Origin: an uncultured Planctomycetales bacterium
Lineage (GTDB): Bacteria; Planctomycetota; UBA1135; CAZMYG01
Assembly: GCA_964570465.1 (NCBI GenBank)
Contig: CAZMYG010000002.1
Location: 1 to 63,639 of the forward strand
Reading direction: 5' to 3'
DNA length: 63,639 bases
Position numbers and translations under genes: made by a program. A model generated the notes under the pieces. The model did no database searches. It had not been told where the DNA came from and saw only the letters and a list, made by a program, of their open reading frames with translations. Positions 12,001 to 21,098 of this stretch are shown here, one piece after another. Each line of letters starts with the position of its first letter. Position 1 is the first letter of the stretch.

Positions 12001-12249
12001 AGTGCGAAGAATTTGTACGAACTGTGCCGGGGTTGGTGGAAGAGCTATTACTGGCTAGGAAAAACTCTTATTGCGTGCGGAAAAACGGCTGAAGGCGGAG
12101 CGTGGATTTACAACGCACATCAAATCAATTCTTACAACCCTCAATTATTGTTTGAGCTGTCTAAGCTTTATGAAAACCTGGGGGATTCAGAGAAAGCAGA
12201 GCAAAGCTACCGCCTTGCATGTAATACCTTGGAGTGTACAGCGCCATGA
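9064..12249 (+). CDS. Multidomain glycosyltransferase: GT4 domain, a second degenerate GT4-like domain, and C-terminal TPR
   Basis: Domain 1 carries YTMFETDRIP..DEIWVPSQFN and SRGEGWGMPYMEAMAMELP (EX7E). Domain 2 has VDEIWVPSEKW, but at the EX7E position it reads RFTFHEKEAIEAM. The C-terminus has TPR-like helices. 1061 aa. Confidence 0.8.
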   Translation: MKANSLIAPELVWVGPVAGRNGYASAARNLLLGLHSLRFPVSLREWTVENGTQEMSGDHDTLEWYLEMSRRPITEGSVCVFNHSPTRYHQVDILDEMRAVNPGMGRYIVYTMFETDRIPLAWVETLGRFDEIWVPSQFNHRTFSNSGLDSKKIRTIPLSIDTRKYDPRGQHPLWTSDPDQFRFLSVFEWTPRKGWDVLVRAYCEEFAPDEPVSLTLRTYRGIGSNLARKTSIKEELVAFIETRLGKTLSAIPTLEIDESNLSNQAMPRLYQGYDAFVLTSRGEGWGMPYMEAMAMELPTAAPNWGGHLDFMNSQNSYLIDIESVTPIAREQVVENPLYAGHFWAEPSVASTRRVLREMFESREQGREKGKIARLEITKKYDVEVVSKNVSNRVLELGGGRCSWAEKLPQSIEINQTAKMEVTSTIRVALRSGRAQHGDWHRSEDRFLAQFSPENGFQLVDERDKAQILISMDSSPSLEPPQAGCKWIWFVPLPFAGIPEEWMSALTHRVDEIWVPSEKWRDIYRSAGISDHRIHVIPFGVDSELFSPEAKALALPLDQKFRFLSILKPTEFDGFDNLCHMYFHCFTARDDVALVVRLLATENSQEMEQMKAIVERYRKYSAFPPVLFIEEDFGDQELPGLYNACQAFLAPYRFTFHEKEAIEAMSCGLPVITSLGCGLDDLLAEGISFSYPSSTVRIHPKTERPDSVDQKNARVVYSFTDVSRRLLRRLASERLLVKKTGERAREYVLAHRSWKRCLDSVMHRIHVLLEGKTEAPIAKITALLPKGQTLPQSSHALQRHNLEIAVSDTRFLKTLHLELHKDFPGPILLSSGSFQSPPEFLNRLIEDLQTHPEVQAVVHHGQSGLLALLRNSRIPWEIPVHESFSSGASLLEWFRLERVRKTILDREFQDLRFDADANWEKESQAIRALEMSQKEREVNALDAAGAYLLSSLESKPNYAASLEALIQLYLQLENQTGALRSAKNLYELCRGWWKSYYWLGKTLIACGKTAEGGAWIYNAHQINSYNPQLLFELSKLYENLGDSEKAEQSYRLACNTLECTAP

Positions 12250-14999
12250 ACTGGGTTTGGCAATCACGTCTATTTGGCAGAAGCGGCTACGAGATGTTTT
12301 CTCGAGCCCTGATGAAAGAACTCTATCGAAGGAACCGCGAGGTGAGCTATCTACATTTGATTGCTGAAAGGGATAACCGAAACGAATTTACTCCGGAGCC
12401 TTGGTATCAAACTGCTTTGCAGCGGCCGATTCCTCTAGGTTCGACGCACGTTCTTTTCCATACTCCCGCGGGACATTCTGGAAGTAACTTTGCCCGCGAA
12501 GCTCGTTCGATGAATCTAGGTCATAGCAGATATGTCTGCTATACGATGTTTGAAACGGATCGTATCCCGGCGACTTGGGTGCGAGCGTTGGACTCGGTAA
12601 ATGAAGTTTGGGTGCCTACTCAATTCAATGTGGAAACATTTTCATTGTCCGGCATTCCTAGAGAGAAAATACGAGTCATGCCGTTGGGGATTGATGCGAG
12701 CCTGCTTGAAGTGGAAAAAGGTGCAGAAAGTCGCTCTCGCAATCAACCGTTTCGATTCCTTTCGACCTTCGAATGGACTTGGCGCAAAGGTTGGGATGTG
12801 CTTTTGCGCGCTTACTTTGAAGAATTTCAAAGTCATGAGAATGTAGAGCTTGGCTTACTGGCTTACAGAGGTGGTGGAGCAAACGTTCACGACAAGCGCA
12901 GTATTCGCGAGAGGATCGAAACTTTTCTTCGAGAAGAATTAAAAGTAGATCCGACACGAGTCCCGCGACTCACATTGTTTGAGGACAGAGTCCCCGATCA
13001 AGATTATGCAGCGTTTTGCAAAAGCTTCGATGCGTTTGTATTGCCAACTCGCGGAGAAGGTTGGGGATTGCCATTACACGAATCCATGGCGATGGGGATC
13101 CCAGTTGCTGCGACGAATTGGGGTGGGCAGCTTGAATTTCTCAAGCAGGGGCTTTTTTTCCCAATTGAAATCGAAGGTTTACAATTAGCAGGTCTCGATC
13201 AACTCCGGGACAATGTTTTGTTTGCAGGGCAGCGTTGGGCGGAACCTTCGGTTGCTTCGACCAGAGCCGCAATGCGGCAGATCTTCGAAAATCCAGAGCA
13301 AGCGAAACGAATTGGAAAAGAAGGGCAAGCATACGTTCTAGAAAATTTTTCGATTGAAAAAGCCGCAGACCGAATTCTCAAGCGGATTGAAGAAATCACG
13401 CCTTCTTCCTGTGTGTGGACCCTTCCTAACGTCGATCAAGTGAAGCCTGAGAAGTCTATGAAATTTCTATGGGCTGGGGACGATGCCAAAGAGGATGGTT
13501 TAAGCCTGCTATTGCCCTGCTTCATTGCCGTGTTTGGGAAAGAAGACCCTGCAATTTTGAAAATTGCTCCTTTTGATGGACGTGAAAAAGCAGAAATCCA
13601 AAGCTGGACGAGTGCGTACCAGAAACTGGCTCCAGGTCTTTCGATTGAAGATTCTGAGCCCTTAAAAAACATCGAGGATTTTCGAGCGGCTTTGCGCGAT
13701 GTAGACGTGTTTGTATTTCCTGCTTACGCGAGGGACAGGCGCGGACTTTGCCGTGAGGCTGCGCGTTTAGGCAAGGCGGTCATCGCGACAGAGGAACTCT
13801 TACCTGTAGAACTACGGCAAGAAGGCCGGGCTTTTCCCCTTGCTTCATGGATGGCGCGTAGAAAAGGGAAAACCGAGCCAGAGTTAATTTTTAAACCTTT
13901 TCCCAATGTATTAGGAGCGGTTTTACGCTGGGCGCTGTCTCATCCAGGCTCTGTTAGAACGGTGGGCAAAACAGCGAGCGATGTTGATTTTGAGGACGTG
14001 AGTAGTGTCAAAACCATCAGCCTGTATTCCCAGAGCCAATACACATCGTTGAATTCCAGGATTCTTCTTCGGGGACTTCCGTCCTTCAATCACATAGAGG
14101 ATTTCTCAACGGCGTTGAACCGAGCATGTTTTCATCATCCTCAAGAAGAAATCATGGGGGTTGTCATTGGACGCGTTCCTGCAATGACCTTGGAAGCGAG
14201 TGTTGCAGAGCTGGAAAGGAATCCCAGTGCGACTGCAAATTTTTATTGTCTGGATTCTCAGAATGCCGTTCTTTGGCTGAGGAAGCTTCAGTCATTGCAA
14301 TATACTTCTTTTGACGCGAGTTTTTCTGGGGTCGAGTGTTTGAGAGAGTTTGTTCGCAGCATGAGTTCACAAGCTGCGACGGTCTTAGGCGATGGCGCCT
14401 CTCCCTGCGAAAATCCGTCAGATCCTATTTCCTTGCTTAGTTCGGCCGAGTCTTTAGTTCGCAATGGATTGCGTGACCAGGCCATAGAAAAGCTTTATGC
14501 GGTACTTAAAGCAAAACCCGACTATCCCGCTGCAATCGCGCTGCTTGTTGAGTTGCTGTTAAGCACTGGTAATTCCTTCGATGTGCAGGAGATTGAGAGA
14601 CTGTTGAAATCCTATTTGTTTATAAGGCCGTCGGATTCGCTTTGTCGTCACCTTTGGGGTGTGTATCTCTTTACACAATCGCGTTTCAAGGAAGCGAGCG
14701 AACATCTCAGTTTTGCCACGCGAGTGGACAAAGAGAGTTCTCAGATCTGGAATGACTTGGGCGTGGTTCAGGTTTGCGAGGGGCAAGTGAAAGAAGCGTT
14801 GGAATCGCTTCAGAAAGCCTGCTCGCTGGACGAAAAGAATCTCGGCGCTTTGAAAAATCGCATCGATCTTTTGAGTTCCCTAGGAAGACACCAAGAAGCT
14901 TCTGGATACTTGCGTCAAGCGGTGCTTGCAAATCCTCAAGAGAACGATCTGAAAGAGAGACTTGTTCGTTTGGAATTTGCCGGAGCCACTCGTCCATGA
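12246..14999 (+). CDS. Paralogous GT4 glycosyltransferase with C-terminal TPR repeats
   Basis: YTMFETDRIP..NEVWVPTQFN and TRGEGWGLPLHESMAMGIP. The C-terminal TPRs include KAKPDYPAA...LDEKNLGALKNR. ATG 12246 makes an ATGA overlap with the upstream stop. Confidence 0.8.
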   Translation: MNWVWQSRLFGRSGYEMFSRALMKELYRRNREVSYLHLIAERDNRNEFTPEPWYQTALQRPIPLGSTHVLFHTPAGHSGSNFAREARSMNLGHSRYVCYTMFETDRIPATWVRALDSVNEVWVPTQFNVETFSLSGIPREKIRVMPLGIDASLLEVEKGAESRSRNQPFRFLSTFEWTWRKGWDVLLRAYFEEFQSHENVELGLLAYRGGGANVHDKRSIRERIETFLREELKVDPTRVPRLTLFEDRVPDQDYAAFCKSFDAFVLPTRGEGWGLPLHESMAMGIPVAATNWGGQLEFLKQGLFFPIEIEGLQLAGLDQLRDNVLFAGQRWAEPSVASTRAAMRQIFENPEQAKRIGKEGQAYVLENFSIEKAADRILKRIEEITPSSCVWTLPNVDQVKPEKSMKFLWAGDDAKEDGLSLLLPCFIAVFGKEDPAILKIAPFDGREKAEIQSWTSAYQKLAPGLSIEDSEPLKNIEDFRAALRDVDVFVFPAYARDRRGLCREAARLGKAVIATEELLPVELRQEGRAFPLASWMARRKGKTEPELIFKPFPNVLGAVLRWALSHPGSVRTVGKTASDVDFEDVSSVKTISLYSQSQYTSLNSRILLRGLPSFNHIEDFSTALNRACFHHPQEEIMGVVIGRVPAMTLEASVAELERNPSATANFYCLDSQNAVLWLRKLQSLQYTSFDASFSGVECLREFVRSMSSQAATVLGDGASPCENPSDPISLLSSAESLVRNGLRDQAIEKLYAVLKAKPDYPAAIALLVELLLSTGNSFDVQEIERLLKSYLFIRPSDSLCRHLWGVYLFTQSRFKEASEHLSFATRVDKESSQIWNDLGVVQVCEGQVKEALESLQKACSLDEKNLGALKNRIDLLSSLGRHQEASGYLRQAVLANPQENDLKERLVRLEFAGATRP

Positions 15000-17515
15000 A
15001 ATCTGACAACACCAAAACTCGATACTCGATGCTTTGGAGCGCTCCGTTATTCGATCCCAGCGGATATGCGGAAGATGCCCGCAATCTAATTCTCGCGGCA
15101 GATTCGGTTCGAATTCCTGTCCGTGCAAATGAAGTTCGCTGGAGTCAAAGACCTTGTGTATTAGAGCCTACTGCGGCAGCGCGTTTGCGTGAACTTCTGG
15201 GCGCTAGGATTTCTGAATCCATTGTCAATGTCTGCCATATTTTCCCCTCCTATTTTGTGCGCGCCGAAGGTGCAGTCCGAAATGTCGGTCGCACCATGTT
15301 CGAAACGGATCGACTCCCTGAAGTCTGGGCTGCGAAGTGCAATGAAATGGACGAGATTTGGGTACCGTCCAGTTTTAACGTAGAAACTTTCGCGCGCTCC
15401 GGGGTGGATTTAGATCGCTTGCGTGTACTCCCGATGGCTTTGGATGCGAAGTTGTATGCAAAACAAACTGCAGCTTTACCGTTTCGAGATGGATTGGGTT
15501 TTGTATTTCTCTCTTCCTTCGATTGGCAGCTGCGTAAGGGGTGGGATTTGCTTCTCACGGCATACTGTAGAGAATTCAAGAAGGATAAGGATGTCGCATT
15601 AGTATTTAAGGTCTATTCCTCGCGCGGGAGATCTCTCGAAGAACTTCAGAAAATGGCGAGTGATTTTGTGCGAGATCAGATCGGGATGAATCCCCAAGAG
15701 GCTCCACGCATTCTCTTCCTCGACGATTCTATTCCCTCTGCAGATATGCCTAGCCTGTATCGAAGTGCAGATTGTTTTGTGTTGCCGACTCGCGGAGAAG
15801 GTTGGTGCCGTCCTTTCATGGAATCAATGGCTTGTGGAGTGCCAGTGATCGGAACGAGATTTGGCGGGCATTTGGATTATATGCATGAGGGGAATTCCTT
15901 ATTGCTCGATTGCGCGATTGTGCCGGTTTCTGAAGAGGCAGTGAAAGAGGCTCCCGTATTCCACAAACATCGTTGGGCAGAGCCGATTGTGGAACATTTG
16001 CGAGAGTTGATGCGACAAGCGTTTACAGATCGAAAGCAAATGAAGCAAATGGGAGAGCGCGCGCGACAAGAAATACTTTCGAGCTATAGCCAAGAAGCCA
16101 TTGGAAATCGAATTGCTAGCCTAATCTTTGGTGAAGAGCCTGTGAGAAGAATGCAGGTTCAGGAATTGGCGCCGTCTTCTCAATCTGCAAGCATCCAAAA
16201 GGACGCAGAGCCTGCCTCTCAAGCCATACGTGTGCAATGGGAAGGTTCTTGGTTTGTGAATCACTCTCTTTCAAAAATAAATCGCGAGATCGTTTCTCGT
16301 CTGATGGAGAAACCTCAATTGGAGTTTTCTTTAATTCCTTTTGAGCGAGATGAATTCGAGCCTGGAGGAGATGGAGGTCCCCACGCTGGTTTGCGCTCGA
16401 AAATTTCTAAGGGACTCTCTGGCCCCGCTGACTTCGTCGTTCGTCACCGCTGGCCGCCAAAGCTTGAAGCGCCAGAATCTGGGCGATGGATTTGGATACA
16501 GCCCTGGGAATATGGAAGCTTACCTGTGACCTGGGCTAAAACAGTGCGCGAGAACGTCGACGAAGTGTGGGCCCCATCTCAATATGTGCGCCGTCTTTAT
16601 ATCGAAGCAGGGCTGAATCCAGATCGAGTTGTTGTGATTCCTAATGGAGTCGATACCAAAGTATTTCATCCTCAAGCGGCACCCATGACTCTTCCTACAA
16701 CCCGACGGTTTCGATTTCTTTTTGTGGGCGGAACGATGTGGCGCAAAGGGATTGATGTTCTGTTGACTGCATACAGCGCTGCGTTTTCGAATCGTGATGA
16801 TGTCTGTCTCGTGATCAAGGACATGGGGAGAGATACTTTTTATCGAAACATGAATTCGTTAGAGATGATTCAAAGGATCCAGGATTCTCCTGGAGCCCCG
16901 GAAATTGTCTACATTGATCGCACTTTGAGTGAGCAGGAGTTGGCGGGTCTTTACACTTCCTGCCAATTACTCGTACATCCCTATCGCGGAGAAGGGTTTG
17001 GAATGCCCGTTGCTGAAGCCATGTCCTGTGGGTTACCTGTGCTCGTGACTCAGGGCGGAGCCTGCGATGATTTCTGCGATGAAGAAAATTCCTATCAAAT
17101 TCCCGCGCGCCGACGTGTTCTTTCGGATGTTGGGATGGAAACAGTCGGAACGCCTTGGGTGCTCGAACCCGATGCGACGATTTTGGCTCGCAGGATGAGA
17201 GAAATCGTGGCGGATTCTGAAGGGCGGAAACAAAAAGGTGAGCGAGGTCGCGAGCGAGTGGAAAGAAATTTAAGTTGGGAAAGAGTGGCGGCGCTTGTGG
17301 AGTCTCGATTTTCGGAGTTGATCTCCCGTCCAGTTTTCCGTGAGCAAGAGTGGGCGATGCCAGAGGCAAATACTTCTCGAAGCGACCAGGGGATGATTCA
17401 AAAATTGCAAGAAGCCATTGATCTTTTAGAGCTCTATTTGTCTCAACACCCCGAAGACGAAACCATTCGCGCAAAACTCCAAGAGTTGCGCAGCAAGACT
17501 GGTTCAGGTCCCTAG
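14996..17515 (+). CDS. Paralogous double-GT4 glycosyltransferase
   Basis: Domain 1: RTMFETDRLP..DEIWVPSSFN and TRGEGWCRPFMESMACGVP. Domain 2: VDEVWAPSQY and PYRGEGFGMPVAEAMSCGLP, an intact EX7E. ATG 14996 makes an ATGA overlap; the track start at 14774 lies inside the previous gene. Confidence 0.8.
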   Translation: MKSDNTKTRYSMLWSAPLFDPSGYAEDARNLILAADSVRIPVRANEVRWSQRPCVLEPTAAARLRELLGARISESIVNVCHIFPSYFVRAEGAVRNVGRTMFETDRLPEVWAAKCNEMDEIWVPSSFNVETFARSGVDLDRLRVLPMALDAKLYAKQTAALPFRDGLGFVFLSSFDWQLRKGWDLLLTAYCREFKKDKDVALVFKVYSSRGRSLEELQKMASDFVRDQIGMNPQEAPRILFLDDSIPSADMPSLYRSADCFVLPTRGEGWCRPFMESMACGVPVIGTRFGGHLDYMHEGNSLLLDCAIVPVSEEAVKEAPVFHKHRWAEPIVEHLRELMRQAFTDRKQMKQMGERARQEILSSYSQEAIGNRIASLIFGEEPVRRMQVQELAPSSQSASIQKDAEPASQAIRVQWEGSWFVNHSLSKINREIVSRLMEKPQLEFSLIPFERDEFEPGGDGGPHAGLRSKISKGLSGPADFVVRHRWPPKLEAPESGRWIWIQPWEYGSLPVTWAKTVRENVDEVWAPSQYVRRLYIEAGLNPDRVVVIPNGVDTKVFHPQAAPMTLPTTRRFRFLFVGGTMWRKGIDVLLTAYSAAFSNRDDVCLVIKDMGRDTFYRNMNSLEMIQRIQDSPGAPEIVYIDRTLSEQELAGLYTSCQLLVHPYRGEGFGMPVAEAMSCGLPVLVTQGGACDDFCDEENSYQIPARRRVLSDVGMETVGTPWVLEPDATILARRMREIVADSEGRKQKGERGRERVERNLSWERVAALVESRFSELISRPVFREQEWAMPEANTSRSDQGMIQKLQEAIDLLELYLSQHPEDETIRAKLQELRSKTGSGP

Positions 17516-17523
17516 AGATTGTT

Positions 17524-18684
17524 ATGTTTCAGTTAGAAGGAGTGGAGGCCGTTGCTCAAGAGCTTGATTCCCATTCCGGTTGGGATCCGCGATTTGGCGT
17601 TTGGAAACCGAAGCTTCGAAGAGTTTCTAATGAACTGGTTCAGGAAAGTCCCCCATCTTTTGCTGAACTCGATCAATTTTTGGGCCGCTCCATTCCGCCA
17701 ATCAAAGTTCTTTGGAGAGGTTCTTCTTCGATTGGCGATAGTTTGGGAAATTGCTCTACCGAATCGTTAAAAGCGCTGACTCAGCTCGGAGTCGATTTTC
17801 AATTTTCCTCTTTGAATGAAGTGAATGGGCAGACTTCAGGAAAGTTTGATTTAGAAATTCAAATCCCTGGAGCGAAAGAAGCGCAGGAGGATCGTTGCGT
17901 TCGATACCTTTTTCACGAATTTGGGCATTTCTACAATTTCCCAATTCGTGAAAAAGATCTGCTTTGGGCGCCTTCAATGTGGATTCACAAAAAATTGAAA
18001 GCGGGCTTTCCGAAAAATCGTATTTTGCTTGCTCCTCATGGAGTCGATTTACAGTGCTTTCATCCCAAAGTAGATCTTCATCCTGAACTTACAGACGGGA
18101 AATTTCGGTTTTTATATTTAGGAACGACGACTTCGCGCAAAGGCATCGACCTTCTTTTGCAAGCATTTGAAGCAGAGAGTCGTTTTATGCCTCAAGCAGA
18201 GCTCTTGCTCAAAGTTTCCCCAACAAGCTCCGGCTTCATCTGGAAAAAAATCTATGAGCAAGGCAATCAAGTTCGAGTCTGGGATCAAACGATGACGCCT
18301 CCAGAGCTTGCGCGAGTGATTCGTTCTTGCCAAGTTTTGGTGTCTCCATCGCGCGCGGAAGCTTTTTGTTTGCCAGTTCTAGAAGCCATGGCTTGCGGAA
18401 TTCCTGCGATTGTTACTCGTGGCAGTGCCATGGAAGAGTTTTCAAATTCCGAGTCTCGTTTTTCAATTGAAGCTGAGGAAGTGCGAATTCCTATTCCTGG
18501 AAAAGAGATATCTTTTCTGGAGCCAAATCTGGACGCACTGCGTACTTTGTTGCGCAAGAGCTATGAAAGTCGCGAGCTTTTGCAATCGATGGGTAAGAGT
18601 GCTAAAAAATCAGCGGGGCGTTTTTCTTGGGGGGACGTTTCGCGCATGCTACTAGTAAAAGCCTGGGATATTTTTCAGGGATAA
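17524..18684 (+). CDS. GT4-family glycosyltransferase
   Basis: FRFLYLGTTTSRKGIDLLLQAF and SPSRAEAFCLPVLEAMACGIPAIVT. Confidence 0.8.
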   Translation: MFQLEGVEAVAQELDSHSGWDPRFGVWKPKLRRVSNELVQESPPSFAELDQFLGRSIPPIKVLWRGSSSIGDSLGNCSTESLKALTQLGVDFQFSSLNEVNGQTSGKFDLEIQIPGAKEAQEDRCVRYLFHEFGHFYNFPIREKDLLWAPSMWIHKKLKAGFPKNRILLAPHGVDLQCFHPKVDLHPELTDGKFRFLYLGTTTSRKGIDLLLQAFEAESRFMPQAELLLKVSPTSSGFIWKKIYEQGNQVRVWDQTMTPPELARVIRSCQVLVSPSRAEAFCLPVLEAMACGIPAIVTRGSAMEEFSNSESRFSIEAEEVRIPIPGKEISFLEPNLDALRTLLRKSYESRELLQSMGKSAKKSAGRFSWGDVSRMLLVKAWDIFQG

Positions 18685-18685
18685 T

Positions 18686-19702
18686 ATGAAAATAGGGGAA
18701 GCTACGAATCCTGTTGAAGTGATGACGATCGCAGGTCGGCGTGCTTTTGAAGAAGAGGATATTCCAAAAATTAGTGGATTCACTCTTCTAGGACTTGGAA
18801 TTGGTGATGTTCTTTGCATGCTACCAATGGTCGAACAGGCGGTTTCTCTTTTGGGAAAGCGGCTAGTCGTTTTTACACAAAGGCCAGAAGTTTTCCGCTA
18901 TCACCCTAGTGTTGATGCCGTATTTTCAACTACTCAGGCAATTCAGGATCATCTCAATTCTGGAAATTTGCTATTCCTTTGTCCGGTTTGTGGACTTGGG
19001 GATCGTTTCGAAGCCCATCTCATCGAACAGTCTGCTCGAGGCATCGTCGATCTTCCTACTGTTGCAAAACGAATTCGATTTTATTCGGATCTGTCTGCTT
19101 TGAATGTAGTGCAAGACAAACTGGCCGCTTTAAAAACAGATAGGCCGAGAGTTATTGTGCATCCCTCACAGAGTGTTCCTGTTCGCAGCTGGCCACGAGA
19201 AAGTTGGGTGGAATTGGTGCGCGAACTTCTTCGTAGCTACGAGGTGATTGCCATTGGGCAAGAAACGGCCGGACTTTCCTCTCAAGGAGAAAACGTTTCA
19301 AAATTTCCCTTATCCTTAGGGATAGAGGATCCACATTTCCATGATTGGACGGGGAAACTTTCTTTGCATGAGTCCTATGAATTGATTCGCTTGAGCGATT
19401 TAGTCATTACTGTGGACAGTGGAACGTTGCATCTTGCCAACTGTACTCAAACTCCCATCGTTTCTATTTTTACCCATGTTGCGCCAGAGTTTCGAATGCG
19501 ATTTGGCCCAGATGGAAAGATTGGCTATCAAACAATTCCTGTATTTTCTTCCTGCGAATATCAGTTCTGTGCGTCGCGATTTGGTTGTTATGACGACCGC
19601 TGTCGACTGGAAGGCAAAGAGGGTTACATGAAGTGTTTACCCAGCACTCGAGCCGTTCTCGACGCAGCGCAGCAATTTTTAAAGGCAAACAGTAACGGTT
19701 AA
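18686..19702 (+). CDS. GT9-family (heptosyltransferase-like) glycosyltransferase
   Basis: GDVLCMLPMV near the N-terminus and LSLHESYELIRLSDLVITVDSGTLHLANCTQTPIVSIF are typical of GT9. Confidence 0.7.
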   Translation: MKIGEATNPVEVMTIAGRRAFEEEDIPKISGFTLLGLGIGDVLCMLPMVEQAVSLLGKRLVVFTQRPEVFRYHPSVDAVFSTTQAIQDHLNSGNLLFLCPVCGLGDRFEAHLIEQSARGIVDLPTVAKRIRFYSDLSALNVVQDKLAALKTDRPRVIVHPSQSVPVRSWPRESWVELVRELLRSYEVIAIGQETAGLSSQGENVSKFPLSLGIEDPHFHDWTGKLSLHESYELIRLSDLVITVDSGTLHLANCTQTPIVSIFTHVAPEFRMRFGPDGKIGYQTIPVFSSCEYQFCASRFGCYDDRCRLEGKEGYMKCLPSTRAVLDAAQQFLKANSNG

Positions 19703-20088
19703 AGATTCGCCGGGTTTACAGAAGTGATACGGATTCCGTAGCTGTCTCCAATCGTCACCACATCTCCTTTTGCAACAGACTTCCCGTTGAGAATGATGTC
19801 CACAGGATCGGTAGATTGACGATCCAGGGTAATCACGGAACCAGGACCTAATTTCACGATCGTTTCTATAGGCAATTTGGTGTCGCCCAACATGACAGAA
19901 ACGCGGACTTTGACATCAAAGAGATGTTCCAATCCCAAACCGAAGGGTGAGGTAGAGTTTTCAGCACCCTGCAAAGTATTGAGCGTTGGTGCTTCAAGGG
20001 CAACTCCGGTCGCCCCGACAGGTGGAGTTGTGGCATCCGCTGGTTGTGGACTTGCTGCTAGAGTTTCTTCTTTTTTCTCTTCGCTCAT
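19699..20088 (-). CDS. fliN: Flagellar motor switch protein FliN
   Basis: C-terminal SpoA block VRVSVMLGDTKLPIETIVKLGPGSVITLDRQSTDPVDIILNGKSVAKGDVV. Confidence 0.9.
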   Translation of the reverse strand: MSEEKKEETLAASPQPADATTPPVGATGVALEAPTLNTLQGAENSTSPFGLGLEHLFDVKVRVSVMLGDTKLPIETIVKLGPGSVITLDRQSTDPVDIILNGKSVAKGDVVTIGDSYGIRITSVNPANL

Positions 20089-21065
20089 TTGAGTTTTCCT
20101 CGTTCTTCAGTTTGTGCTTTTTGAATGATGGGGGATTCGAGTTCTACACTCCAACGTCCGTCTTGTACTCCGACCCAACCTTGGCAGCGCGGAATTCCTG
20201 CAATCGCAATTTCTGCGCGTTCTCCGACTTTGAGGTTGAGAGGGACGACGTCGCCTGGTTCTAGGGACATCAAATCTGAGAAGACGATATCTCCGTGTCC
20301 TAGAAAAGCGGAGATCTCTACAGGAGTTGATTGGAGAGCGTTTTGAATGATGGGAGCAACGCTCTCGCTTTTTGCTTGTGTAGTTTTTGTTTGCGCGGCG
20401 GCTTTGTTTGAATTCGTCGATAGATTGGCAAAAGGAATCACGCAGTGCATCGTGCCTGCGAGTAGATCTCCGCCGATTCCCAATTGAAGCCAAAGCACCG
20501 CATTTCGATCTTCGATGGTTTGTACTTGGAAGGGAGCGCTAGCAAAAGATGCCAAGCTTGGATTGAACTTCAGTGAAGCCGAGAGCGATTTCGCCAAAGC
20601 TCCCAGTGCTTGATTTGCAAATCTGTCCATCACGGGTTTTTCTAACGTGCGTAACCCACGAGCTTCGAATTTTGCTTTTCCGCTACCACCAAAAAGTCGG
20701 TCGATTACCGCCAAACTCACGCTGGGATCAATGGCCAAAAAACCTGGCTCTGGCAAAGGATCCATTTTGAATCGATAAACACAGCAAATTTCTGGCAGGC
20801 ATTTCATGAAGGAATCGAAATTTGCTTGCTCGATACCAGTGATTTCTACAGAAACATTGAATCGCAGTAATTCTCCGGCAGCCGTTGAAATTGCCTGTAC
20901 TGCACCCGAGAAAGTTTTTTTCCACTGATTGAGTTCTTCGGTAGAGCAAACAAGAGGGCGACGGAAGTCACGGGTTTCTACCGATAGAGCAGCTTTCAAC
21001 CCGCCTTCCGTTTGGAGAGCTTGTGTCAGAGTCTCAATTTCTTCCTGTGTTAAAACAGGGCTCAT
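20085..21065 (-). CDS. fliM: Flagellar motor switch protein FliM
   Basis: N-terminal LTQEEIETL (CheY-P binding-type motif), 326 aa, a C-terminal SpoA-like segment, and position upstream of fliN. Confidence 0.85.
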   Translation of the reverse strand: MSPVLTQEEIETLTQALQTEGGLKAALSVETRDFRRPLVCSTEELNQWKKTFSGAVQAISTAAGELLRFNVSVEITGIEQANFDSFMKCLPEICCVYRFKMDPLPEPGFLAIDPSVSLAVIDRLFGGSGKAKFEARGLRTLEKPVMDRFANQALGALAKSLSASLKFNPSLASFASAPFQVQTIEDRNAVLWLQLGIGGDLLAGTMHCVIPFANLSTNSNKAAAQTKTTQAKSESVAPIIQNALQSTPVEISAFLGHGDIVFSDLMSLEPGDVVPLNLKVGERAEIAIAGIPRCQGWVGVQDGRWSVELESPIIQKAQTEERGKLK

Positions 21066-21098
21066 CTCCTTACCTCTGTATCTTTGTGCCTTCTAAAA

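Noticed and set aside
14774-14995. Track N-terminal extensions of several genes: 14774 for the third GT4, and likewise 7982-8035 (gmd), 12234-12245, 2173-2241, 33531-33641, 52302-52511 (fliO) and 54093-54164 (fliR)
   Set aside because: The longest-ORF starts overlap the preceding gene or promoter. Internal ATGs give ATGA overlaps or SD-supported starts, and the conserved N-termini begin there.
16815-17474. 219-aa minus-strand ORF inside the third GT4 gene
   Set aside because: The plus-strand frame carries an intact GT4 EX7E motif, and the minus-frame peptide is R/P/S-rich with no features.
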